In this document: one piece after another, positions 46,842 to 58,149 of the stretch
How positions within the stretch are numbered: position 1 is the first letter of the stretch
Layout of the letters: each line of letters starts with the position of its first letter
Assembly: GCA_030390025.1 (NCBI GenBank)
Contig: CM059431.1
Span: 133,736,001-133,800,000 of the forward strand
Length of the DNA: 64,000 nt
Direction of reading: 5' to 3'
Source: Squalus acanthias
Lineage: Eukaryota
Notes under the pieces: model-generated
The model's database searches: none
What the model saw: the letters and a program-made list of their open reading frames with translations, nothing else
Told to the model about the DNA's origin: nothing
Position numbers and translations under genes: made by a program

Positions 46842-49193
46842 ATGAAGGGGGGCATACTCCTACTCGCTCTGATAGGAATGAGCGCTGGGAGGCGAGGTGA
46901 CGTGGAGGACTCCCACATTTTTGGGTGCTCAGGAGAGAGAGCACCGGTGGTGACTGCGGGTGGCAGCAAGCGAGGCGTGAAGGAGCTCGCTACCTATTCC
47001 CACGTGGGAAGATGGCCAGGGTGGCTGGGATCTAACTCCACCCGATACTCCAGTCAGACCGGGCTCACCTACGGGGAGGCCTCCCTCCCCTGTCCCAGCA
47101 TACAGGTTGTAGCCACTCGGGTCGGGGTCACTGAGGGGAAACGCGTGTGCCTGACCTGCAGAGGACAGATTCCCCTGGGAAGGTGGTGGTGGCTCAGGAA
47201 GCTGAGCAGAGACATGGGGGACCGTACAGCTGACTGGGAGCGACTGGGGAATGACACCCATCGGACCATTACGGGGGACCATAGGGGGGTGAGCGTGTGC
47301 TGGGACAAGTGGTGGAAATCGGAACAGGGGATTTATGTCTGCATGTGGGGGTCGCGGAAGGCCTGCCCCACGGGCATATCCATTATCTTTTCCGCAGCAT
47401 GGCTGGATAAGGGGAAGGGGGTGGAATGGGATTCCCACCTACACACTTGCATAGTCCCGCCCTCTCCAGCCCCAGTCAAGGCCACTGAACTCGTGGCACA
47501 CGCCCGTAAGCCCCTGCCCACGACCCAGACAGCAAGGACACGCACAGAGACATGCCCTACCACCACCAAGGGACCAGGGAATGGGCTGGTACTAGTGCCA
47601 ACCGAAAAGGTGCTATACCAGGGGGTACACTACGCGGTAGCTTCCGTGATCCTAAACCTCACGGAGGTACACTTACCTGAGTGGTGCCCCAAAGAGACGG
47701 AACAGCTATACCAGGCCCTGTTCAGAGAAATGTTCAGGAAGTTCTACGAGTTCGATTTCGCAAACATAGACAAAGCAGAACTGTACACTGCACACACTGA
47801 GTATTTTAGCAATACGGGGAGACAAAGGAGGGGAGCCTGGAATGATATTTTTACAGCGTATAATACAGGGTCCTCTGTCATCAACAGTCTGGATGACATA
47901 GAATTGCAGACACAAATAAATGGTTTAAAAACACAATTGCGCAAAATCTTAATGGATGAAAATACAGTAGTGGGCTCAGAGTTACACGAGGACCAAGCTA
48001 TGACGGTTCATTTAAAAGAAATCATTGCTGAGCTGGAAAGGCACGCAAAGACGGTAAATGCACTCATACGGGAGGACAGGAATGCATCAGACCAGGCTGC
48101 ACAGAACGAGGTGTGCGTACTGTACGGGGCATGGTTGCTAGGCGAGGGCCGGAGTAACCTGGAGGATTTAAAGCAAGGTTTAGTCCCCTCCTGGATCAGC
48201 AACAAGCACCTCGCAGCCCTCCACCCATTTGAGAATTCACTAAGCCCGTGTCAGCTCTGTCTAGCCTCTGAAGCCTACACTGTACCAGTAGATTGTGGGT
48301 GTTCCAATCACACTATCATGGGGATAGTGGTGAGGATGCCGGTCATGGGTGGGACTGCCCGACCCGCACCGGTATACAGGGTGGAGAACATTGGAGTCAT
48401 TCAAGGGGGTGCACACATCCGTTTCACAGCGGTCCCACCTTATGTCATAAAGTGGGAGCACGCTATGACAGGTACTGACCTCTCCGGGTGGCGGAGCCGG
48501 GGTCCACACATAATACTGTGTCCCCAGCACTTGAACGCCTATTCTAAACCACAGTGTGGGTTTAAAGCTGCGAGCACACGACCTATAAATTGTACCATGG
48601 AAGCCATGGCACAAGACCATGTTCCCCCACAGGTAACATATATAGGAGGTGGGACATATTGTGTCACCACCAGCGCGCCTCACTACCAGTATGGACAGCA
48701 TACCTGGTGTCCGGTAAGTGACAGCAGTTTCTGCTTTAAACCCGAGGCAGAAGTTCAAGTTGCCCAGGAACAGATTGTCCCCATTCCTGAACCCTCCACT
48801 GTTCACCTCACTGTAACACAAAATTTCACCAACCTGCAAAAATATGTAGCACATTTTGGCTACGAAATTCCCCCTCTACCAGAACGCCTTACCAAGTTAC
48901 TAAAAGCTGTAGAGCTCTCTCAAAAACATTTCTACACTTTAGAACAGAATACACACGAGATAGAGAGAGAGATTCAAGGTATCACAGTCCCACCCTGGTG
49001 GGACATCTTCGAAAACATAGAGGTCCCTTCATGGGTCAGAATGGCTTCCCACCTCCTCGTAGTTTGCCAACTGGGAATAGTATTGTACCTGGTGTGCACT
49101 CAGTGCAAGGGAAAGGGCAGAATACTACAGTTCCGAAATGAAAGGACTTGGAGGAAGCATTATGCTGAGGTGGAGAGAGATACACCTGTTTGA
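46842..49193 (+). CDS. env: Intact envelope/fusion glycoprotein, 783 aa
   Basis: Splice acceptor at 46827; signal peptide MKGGILLLALIGMSAG; Ig-like domain; furin site RQRR at 47820-47831; heptad; Cys-rich core; TM near 49041-49105. Confidence 0.88.
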   Translation: MKGGILLLALIGMSAGRRGDVEDSHIFGCSGERAPVVTAGGSKRGVKELATYSHVGRWPGWLGSNSTRYSSQTGLTYGEASLPCPSIQVVATRVGVTEGKRVCLTCRGQIPLGRWWWLRKLSRDMGDRTADWERLGNDTHRTITGDHRGVSVCWDKWWKSEQGIYVCMWGSRKACPTGISIIFSAAWLDKGKGVEWDSHLHTCIVPPSPAPVKATELVAHARKPLPTTQTARTRTETCPTTTKGPGNGLVLVPTEKVLYQGVHYAVASVILNLTEVHLPEWCPKETEQLYQALFREMFRKFYEFDFANIDKAELYTAHTEYFSNTGRQRRGAWNDIFTAYNTGSSVINSLDDIELQTQINGLKTQLRKILMDENTVVGSELHEDQAMTVHLKEIIAELERHAKTVNALIREDRNASDQAAQNEVCVLYGAWLLGEGRSNLEDLKQGLVPSWISNKHLAALHPFENSLSPCQLCLASEAYTVPVDCGCSNHTIMGIVVRMPVMGGTARPAPVYRVENIGVIQGGAHIRFTAVPPYVIKWEHAMTGTDLSGWRSRGPHIILCPQHLNAYSKPQCGFKAASTRPINCTMEAMAQDHVPPQVTYIGGGTYCVTTSAPHYQYGQHTWCPVSDSSFCFKPEAEVQVAQEQIVPIPEPSTVHLTVTQNFTNLQKYVAHFGYEIPPLPERLTKLLKAVELSQKHFYTLEQNTHEIEREIQGITVPPWWDIFENIEVPSWVRMASHLLVVCQLGIVLYLVCTQCKGKGRILQFRNERTWRKHYAEVERDTPV

Positions 49194-49481
49194 ATTTTTT
49201 TATTCTGTGTTCCTGAATAAAGATTGTTGTTTTTTTGTGTTTTGTTCTTTTTAATAAAGATATGTGTTTTCCCAAGCAGTGCAGGGGTGTCGGACCCTCT
49301 CCGTGCTTGGTTGTGAAATAAAGATTTTCTTACCTGTATGTACCTAAAACACCACATTTAAAGGGGAATGTATGTTTGGGGTTTTAGTTTAGGTAATACA
49401 GGGGAAGGTTGGTTTTCGGGGATCAGGAATTTTGTCCACCCAGGACGATACTGTAGTGAACTGAAGTATCGCAGGAGGGAC

Positions 49482-50375
49482 TGTAAGATTTCCAAAATTT
49501 GCAGATCCCCAAAAATATATCGAAAGGAAAAAAATAAGGACTTTGGAACTTTAAAGGAAACATGTCTGGACATGTCCGGCACGTCGATGGACTGGGAATT
49601 CAAAGACCAGCAAACATTAACATTTGGACAATAGGCCCTGGGGAAAGGCCGCCCCACCCAAAACACAGAGCCCATGGGAATGCTAGGACCAGCAAGGAAC
49701 CCAAAGCAGGAGAACAATGCAAGCTTCCATTGAACAACAACGCAACAGGATGTAAGCCATTTGATTTGGTTTAGCACAGTTGAAAGCCCATCAAAATTTC
49801 AACAAAGACAATGAACAGGCCTCACCTGAAAACTCACTGCATCACGAAACCAGTTTTTCGTGAGGAGTTTTGTGGGGGGGGGGGGGGGGGGCGGGGACGA
49901 AAAAGGACTATATCTATAGCAGGACCCAAGAGCTCTCTCTTTCGACTCGCCGACTATGCTGGAAACAAGGCTCTCTCGCAGCACTGCCCAGAAGCCACAT
50001 GGTAAAGGAAGACGTTCGATGACCAGAATCACCATCGACTTACCTGGCTGGATTTCGTACTGTTAATACCCCTGTCTGGTGAGCATTATCCCTGATCTCC
50101 TGAAACCCAAACCTAGATAGAAGTGGGATTTTTGGGAGGGATAAAGGTTTTTTTTTCTTGTATACTGTAACCTGTTTAAGTGTGAAGTGTGTTTAAGTTT
50201 GTTACCTTTTAACTTTAATAAAAGTTATAGTTCTTTCATCGGAACCTGTGGTCTACTGCATCTTTATTCACAACCCCTAAATAAGTCCAAGTTTTGAACC
50301 TGGGGCGTGGGAGCGATTCGAACCGCTCACTGAGTCAGGGGAAAGGCTGACTCCTACCACAACCCACACCCTACA
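49482..50375 (+). repeat. 3' LTR (894 bp)
   Basis: Direct repeat of the 5' LTR with about 11 substitutions, a 17-bp indel and G-tract variation. Confidence 0.95.
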
Positions 50376-51394
50376 GCCTACACCGGTTGTAGGACTTCGA
50401 TGCAATTTTCGAGTACGTATGGGTGGTCCTACCACTGGAGGCCACTCCTAAATGCCCAAAACAAGATCAGGTTTTCCTACCCCCCTTCAAGCGCTGACTC
50501 CCGACTCAGTTCTGTGAAGGAGCTGCCAAAATTCTGTCCCCTCCCCACCCTGAGCAGCAACTCACTGATTCCATTCAAATGAGGCTCGAACACAAAAATG
50601 ATTCGTGCCTTTCACTAACGCCATCAAGTGGGCAATGTGATTACTGCACCCACTGCCTGCCTGATGCATATATATATTCTTAAGGAGCAGAGTAAAGGAT
50701 TGTTTTATATCTCCTGAAGCTCTATATGTAAATTGGCCCTCATATGTCCACATTTTAATGGATTTTATTTGTCACCATCTGTAATTAGACAATTTGGCTC
50801 TGTGAACCAAATCTCTGAGTTGTTTCTCTGTGTTTGTCACCATACTGAATGCCTCCTTTTAGGTGAGTAAGTTTCCAGATAACCAGACCAACTGGCTTCA
50901 CTCCAGGAGATATAAAATAATCCTTCATTTTGCACCTTAAAAATATATATATTTTTTATTGTGCCCTGAGACAAATATTTCTTCCTCTGTTGGGCTGCAA
51001 TTCTGTTAATGTTGATGTTGCCGCCACAGCTGTTAGCAGCTTTGAACCTTAAGGCAACATTTTCCTAACCCACCCACTTTTTCTAAGGCTCCAGAGTGGC
51101 TATTCAGGCCTCAAGAGGTACCTCCAGCTCAGATTCACTCCTCAAAGTTGTCTATCCTTCCACCCCGTCTCCCATCCATCAAGTCCTAAGGACTCCATCT
51201 CCTCTCCCCTCCTGACTGCCTCCCGTTTTATCACTTACTGCTCACTTGATTGCCCACCCATTTCCAACCAACTCTTTAATGTTCAGGCCTTATCTCCCAC
51301 TCAGCGCCTTTCGTTACAGCAATCAGTGTGCTCCCCATCTCTTGAAATTGGCTTCCTTGCTTTTGGGATTCATACCCTTCCTCAGTTGCTCCCC

Positions 51395-51760
51395 TGTTGT
51401 GGTTGAAAAGGACTCAGCAGAGACTTCAGTACGGTACAACGATCGCTTTATTCAAGTGCACACAGGAAGAGATCCTTCTTCCCATCAAAGGTTGAGAGGA
51501 TTCTCTGATTTTACAACAAGCAACAGTTGCTTTTATGCCCGAAAACCGCAAAAATGAACATGTTATTTTGCACGCATGCATTTACTTAGAAAAACCACAG
51601 ACATTGTTGCTCTATATGTGCAGAAGTTACTGTCTGCCACCTGAGCTGTAGAAGCTACCCACATCCTCTGTCTAGAGAGGTTGTTTCCATGACTACACTT
51701 ATCTACACACCTTGTGGTTTCTGTTATCTGGGTCACAATGTTAGACTCAGCTTTCCACAA
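51395..51760 (-). mobile_element. Possible solo LTR
   Basis: TGTTGTGG..CCACAA inverted ends; AATAAA on -; no clean TSD. Confidence 0.35.
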
Positions 51761-52307
51761 TGCTCAGCGTTTAACAGTTTAGGTACAGCTTCCCAGCGCT
51801 CTCTGCGTTTTTAGCCTGTGCTAGCTTTAGTTATTTGCGATACCCTAACACTCCCTGAGCCTGCTACCTGTTGTGCAGCTTCTCCAATAACATTTCCTTG
51901 GCTTGTGGATGCACATCAGAAGGTAAATGGTATCATATTGGAGACTGATGGTGAAGGTGATGTTAGTAAGGGAGAGAGAAATTTTAAGGAGTATTTGATA
52001 GAGGGAGATGTTGACACCTCACAAGGGAATATTAGAGGGACAAAGGATCACAAGGGCGTATTAGGAGCACACAGTCCTTTGTTAGGTAGGCAACTGCAGA
52101 AAGACAGCAATATCAGGAGATTAAAGGGGCATATTACGAAATTGAATGTGATATTTGGGGGGAAAGCAATAGAGAATAAGAAGACCAGTGAAAGGGAAAG
52201 GGTAGCATGGAGTAAGAGCAAAAATGATTTTGGGCATTCAGAACTACCAGGATATTAAGGGCAGTATGGCACCAGAGGGGCATATTATGGGAGCAGAATT
52301 AAAGGTT

Positions 52308-52931
52308 AGCGGCGGCGATAACCATTAACGCCTCGCGGCGCTGCGCCTCCGGCGATGATGTTATCGACTTGCGCAGCGCCCCGCTCATGCCCCGGCCGCG
52401 ATCTTCGGTAGCGCCCCCTGACTTACTGCTGGACGCTATGTCCGACTGGGTCAAGGGGGCTTACCTGCGGCCGGGGAGGCGCAAATTAAAGGGGAGGTGC
52501 CGGGCGGCCATTTTTGTTGCTGGCCTGCCTGCCAGCACCTGCCCCTGTTGCTGTCCCTGGCCTCCTGTGAAGCCCCCCCGTGGAGTGCCAGGTGCGCTCC
52601 GTAAGCCTGGCACTTCTCTTGAGTGCCGGTGCTCTTTGCCGGAACTCCGATCCCTGGTGGCACAGCTGGGCCCCGGGTCGCACTGCGCTAGGGCCCTCCC
52701 CTCTAACAAGAGGAGGTAGGCCTGCAGTACCGCGGCACGACGTGCCGCAGAGCGTGGCGCTGTAGCACGTAGCGCCGCGATATTCACTCGCAGCGCCCCA
52801 AGAGGGAGGCAGGGTGCTTCCAGTAGCGCCCCACCTCCCTCTTGAGGCACTACCAGTGAATTTCGGGTGTGGGGGGTGGCTATTTTTTCAGGGCGCTAAA
52901 ACTAAAGGTGGCGTGACCCAATTTTGGCCCC
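52308..52931. mobile_element. GC-rich Harbinger-type MITE, left end missing
   Basis: Homologous to 21110-21720; ends CCAATTTTGGCCCC. Confidence 0.7.
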
Positions 52932-55900
52932 ATAGAGTCATAACGGCACAGAAGGAGGCCATTCAGCCCATCGAGTCTGTGCCAGCTCTCTGTAGAGCAA
53001 TCCATTCAGTCCCATTCCCCCGCTCTATCCCCGTAGCCCTGCAAGTTTATTTCCATCAAGTGCCTATCCAGTCTCCCCTTGAAAACATTGAGTGTCTCCA
53101 CTTCCACCACTTCCATCGACAGCGAGTTCCAGGTCCTCACCACTCGCTGCATAAAAATGTTTTTCCTCACGTCCCCCCTGTATATCTTGGCCAAAACCTT
53201 AAATCTGTGTCCCCTAGTCCTTGTACCATCAACTAGTGGGAACAGCCTTTCCCGGTCTAGCCTATCCAAACCTGTCATAATCTTGTACACCTCTATCAAA
53301 TTACCCCTCAACCTCCTTTGCTCTAATGAAAACAAATCCAGCTTCTCCAACCTGTCCTTGTAGCTAAGATCCCTCATCTCCGGAACCATTCTGGTAAATC
53401 TCCTCTGCACCCTCTTAAGGGCCTTCACATCCTTCCTAAAGTGTGGTGACCAGAACTGGACGCAATACTGCAGTTGTGGCCTAACCAGCACTTTATAAAG
53501 GTTCAGCATAACTTCTCTACTTTTGTACTCAATACCTCTATTTATGAAGCCCAAGATCCCATATGCTTTGCTAACCACTCTCTCAATATGTCCTGCCACC
53601 TTCAGGGACTTATGCACATTAACTCCCAGGTCCCTCTTTTCCTGCACACTCTTTAAAACTGTGCCATTAAGTGTATATTGCCTCTCCCTGTCCCTTCTGC
53701 CAAAATGCATCACCTCACACTTCTCTGTATTAAATTCCATCTGCCACTTGTCTGCCCAGTCTGCTAGCCTTTCTATGTCCTGTTGCAGTCGATTGATATC
53801 ATCATCACTGTTTGCCACACCCCCAAGTTTGGTGTCATCGGCAAATTTAGAAATTCTACTCTGTATTCCAATATCCAGGTCATTTATATATATTTTAAAA
53901 AGCAGTGGCCCCAGCACTGACCCTTGGGAAACACCACTGTCTACCATCCTCCAGTCTGAAAAACAGCCATTTACCACAACTCGCTGTTTTTTATCCTTAA
54001 GCCAATTCCTTATCCAAGCTGCCATTGACCCACCTATTCCATGAGCCTCAAATTTGTTAACCAGCCTTCTATGTGGCACTTTGTCAAACGCCTTCCGAAA
54101 ATCCATGTAGACAACATCCATTGCATTCCCTTCATCAATCCTTCCTGTTACTTCATCAAAAAATTAAATTAGATTAGTCAAACACGATTTGCCTTTTACA
54201 AAACTGTGTTGGCTCTCCTGAATGAGCTTAAACCTCTCCAAGTGCCCGTTAATATTTTCCTTGATTAATGATTCTAAAATTTTACCCACTACTAATGTTA
54301 AACTGACCGACCTGTAGTTACTAGGATTGTCCTTACACCCTTTCTTGAACAATGGTGTCACATTTGCCACTTTCCAATCCTCAGGCACCTCCCCCGCATC
54401 TAGGGAAGATTGGAAAATTATGGCAAGCCCTTCCACTATCTCCTCCCCCAATTCCCTTAGCAACTTGGGATGCAAGCTATTTGGACCAGGCAACCTGTCC
54501 ACTCTAAGCATACCCAGCCTTTTTAGTACATCCTGTCTATCAATTTTCGCCCCGTCCATTGCTTCTACCTTTTCCACTTCATCGATATTTTGTCAGCATC
54601 CACCTCCTTAGTAAACACCGATACAAAGTACTCATTGAGTATTCTAGCCATGCCCTGCGCCTCTAAAAGCATATATCACCTTCTTTATCCCTAATAGGCC
54701 CCACCCCGCCTCTTACTACCCGCTTACTGTTTACATGTCAGTAGAAGATTTTTGTGTTCCCTTTTATGTTAACCGCCATTCTACTCTCATATTCTCTCTT
54801 TGCCAATCTTATTTTCATCTTCACTTCCCCTCTCAACCACCTCATTCCCCAGCACCAGATCCAGCAATGCCTCCTTCCTAGTTGGGCCAAGAACATACCG
54901 GTCAAGGAAATTCTCCTGAACACATTTCAGAAATTCCTCCCCCTCCTTTCCCTTTACCCTAGCATTATCCCAATCGCTATTTGGGTAATTATCACCACTC
55001 TATAGCTCTTGCATATCTCTGCGGTTTCCCTGTAGATTTGCTCCTCTACCTCCCTCTCAGTATTTGGAGGCCTATAGAATACCCCCAAGAGCATGATCAT
55101 ACCCTTTTTGCTCCTCAATTCTAACCAAATGGACTCTGTCCTTGTCCCCTCAGGAACATCCTCCCTTTCCAACACTACAATGTCTTCCTTAATCAGCACT
55201 GCCACCCACCTCCCTTTTTTCCTTCTCTATCTTTTCTGAACACCTTGTACCCTTAAATATTAAGTGCCCAGTCCTTACAAAGATAGGTGGGTTAGCAAGT
55301 TGTGAGGAGGACACAAACAGTCTGCAAAGGGATATAGATCGGTTAAGTGAGTGGTCAAAAATTTGGCACATGGAGTATAATGTGGGAAAATGTGAGGTTA
55401 TCCACTTTGGAAGGAAGAATGAAAAAGCAAATTATTATTTAAATGGAGTGAGACTACAAAATGCTGTGGTACAAAGGGATCTGGGGGTCCGAGTACATGA
55501 AACACAAAAAGTTAGCATGCAGGTACAGCAAGTAATTAGGAAGGCTAATGGAATGTTGGCCTTTATTGCAAGGGGTATGGAGTATAAAAGTAAGGAAGTT
55601 TTGATGCATCTTTACAGGGCACTGGTGAGACCTGGAGTACTGCGTACAGTTTTGGTCTCCATATTTAAGGAAGGATATACTTGCATTGGAGGCAGTGCAG
55701 AGAAGGTTCACTAGGTTGATTCCTGGGATGACGAAAGGTTGAGCAGGTTGGGCCTATACTCATTGGAGTTTAGAAGAATGAGAGGTGATCTTATTGAAAC
55801 ATAAGATTCTGAGGGGGATTGACAGTGTGGATGCTGAGAGGATGTTTCCCCTAGTGGGGGAATCTAGAACGAGGAGGCATAGTTTCAGAATAAGGGGTCG

Positions 55901-58140
55901 CCCATTTAAGACGGAGATGAGGAGGAATTTCTTCTCTCAGAGGGTCGTGAATCTTTGGAATTCTCTACCCCAGAGAGCTGTGGAGGCGGAGTCACTGAAT
56001 ATATTCAAGGAGGAGATTGACAGACATTTGAACTACAAGGGAGTCGAGGCGTATGGGGAGAGAGCGGGAAAGTGGTGTTGAGGCCAAGATTGGATCAGCC
56101 ACGATCTTATTGAATGGCGGAGCAGGCTCGAGGGGCCGATTGGCCTACTCCTGCTCTGTTTCTTATGTTCACCGTTTTTAAGCCACGTTTCCGTTATTGC
56201 CATAACATCATATTGTCACACGGCTAATTGTGCTTGTAGCTCACCAACCTTATTCACCACACTTTGTGCGTTTACATACATGCATTCTAAACCCATTTTT
56301 GAATTTTTCATAGTCTTTCTTAGTCTGCTCCTATCTAATATGGTACTACTTCCGCCTCTAGTACTACTTTCTTCTCTAGTAGTATCCAACACACTCACTC
56401 TTTTATGCACCTTATTCCTCTTTTCTACTCCTATATGCTGCTGCCCATCCCCCTGCCAAGCTAGTTTAAACCCTCCCCAACAGCACTAGCAAACTTCCCC
56501 ACGAGAATATTGGTCCCGGCTCTGTTGAGGTGTAACCCGTCCGGCTTGTACAGGTCCCACCTTCCCCAGAAATGGTCCCAATGCCTCAGGAATCTAAAGC
56601 TCTCCCTCCTGCACCATCTCTCCAGCCACGCATTCATCTGTTCTATCCTTCTATTCCTGTACTCACTAGCATGTAGCACTGGGAGTAATCCGGAGATTAC
56701 TACCTTTGAGGTCCTGCTTTTTAATCTCTCTCCTAGCTCCCTAAACTCTGCCTGCAGGACCTCATCCCTCTTTCTGCCTATGTCATATGGACAACGACCT
56801 CTGGCTGTTCACCCTCCACCCTCAGAGTGTCCTGCTGCCGCTGCGGAAGTGCAGTTTTTGTCTCGGACAAAATGGTGTCCTTGAATTTAAACTAATAAAA
56901 TGGCCGACTCTGACTTGTGTGGAAAAGGAAAAAAATCCATTGTTATGTTCTTTTCTGAAAATAACTTTAAATTCTTAGACTATGCTGTCAGCAAAAGACT
57001 GCCTGCACAAAAGAAAACAGGCTTAATATTGAGATAACCAAGGGCTAGTAAAGTAAACAAACCAGTCGCCTTGGCCTTGGTGCGAGAAGTAAAATAGATA
57101 GACTCCATTTTATTGAGATTAGCTAGTCTCATTGTAAGGCATTTCTAATGTGTTTTTTCTAATTGTTAACTTAGCTTACCTTAAACAACATGTCATGTGA
57201 TATTATACTGTATAAGAATACTCCATTTTCTGTGATTCTTCAGTCTGTCATCATAGCTAATTGGGCTATGGTTGCAGTCTCCTTGCAAGTAAAATATAAT
57301 AAAAAGCCTTCTTTGACGATATTGTTTACAAGAGTCTTTAATCGGAAGTCAAACTTCGACACCGCTCAGTGACATCCTTGACCCTGGCACGAGGGAGGCA
57401 ACATACCATCCTGGAGTCACGCCTGCGGCCGCAGAAACACCTGTCTATTCCCCTAACTATCGAATCCCCTACCACTATTGCTCTTCCACTCTTTTTCCTC
57501 CCCCTCTGTGCAGCTGAGCCACCCGTGGTCCCGTGGACTTGACTCTGGCTGCACTCCCCAGAGGAACCATCGCCCCCATCAGTATCCAGAACTGAATACT
57601 GGTTGGAGAGCGAGATGCACTCCGGGGACTCCTGCACTACCTGCCTGGTCCTCCTCTTCTGTCTGACGGTCACCCATTCCCTCTCTGCCTACATACTCTT
57701 AAGCTGCGGGGTGACCACTTCCTGAAACGTGCTATCCACGTAACTCCCAGCCTCGCGGATGCTCTGCAGTGACTCCAGCTGCCGCTCAAGCTCTGAAACA
57801 CGGATCTCAAGCTGCTGTAGCTGGTGACACTTCCTGCACATGTGTTCGTCCAGGCTACGTGAAGCGTCCAGGGCTTCCCACATGGCACAGGATGTGCATT
57901 CCACGGGACTGAGCTGCCCTGCCTTGCCTCTATTTAATACACTAAGAACTAACTTAGCAGAAATAAACTTAAAACTTAAAAAAAACACTCACCAGCTACT
58001 CACCAATCAGCTCCTTCCATTGTGCCAACGTCACTTTTTCTATGCTGACGTCACTCTTTCGAATTCTGCCTGTTGAGTTGCTGCCTCTCTTGCTCTGCTC
58101 CCGCTCTGGTCTCGCCCAGGTCCGCTGCCTCCTCCGGTCT
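52932..58140 (-). mobile_element. Near full-length CR1 LINE (ORF1 zinc finger + SGNH esterase; ORF2 EN/RT), with a + strand CR1 nested at about 55275-56170
   Basis: ORF1 CTSCAMWE..CRKC, VVGDSIVRG, DGLHLNRAG; ORF2 GVFYRPPN and 371-aa RT ORF 53006-54121. Confidence 0.88.
56842..57361 (+). mobile_element. Solo LTR (520 bp) inserted in CR1 ORF1
   Basis: TGCGGAAGT..ACTTCGACA; TSD CCGC; TATAAG at 57211; AATAAA at 57298. Confidence 0.8.
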
Positions 58141-58149
58141 TATACTCAA

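Larger units (their letters stand above)
43029..50375 (+). mobile_element. Complete pol-less endogenous retrovirus-like element (LTR-gag-X-env-LTR)
   Basis: LTRs 43029-43908 and 49482-50375 (TG..CA); TSD GCCT; PBS from 43912; PPT CAGGAGGGAC at 49472-49481. Confidence 0.95.
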
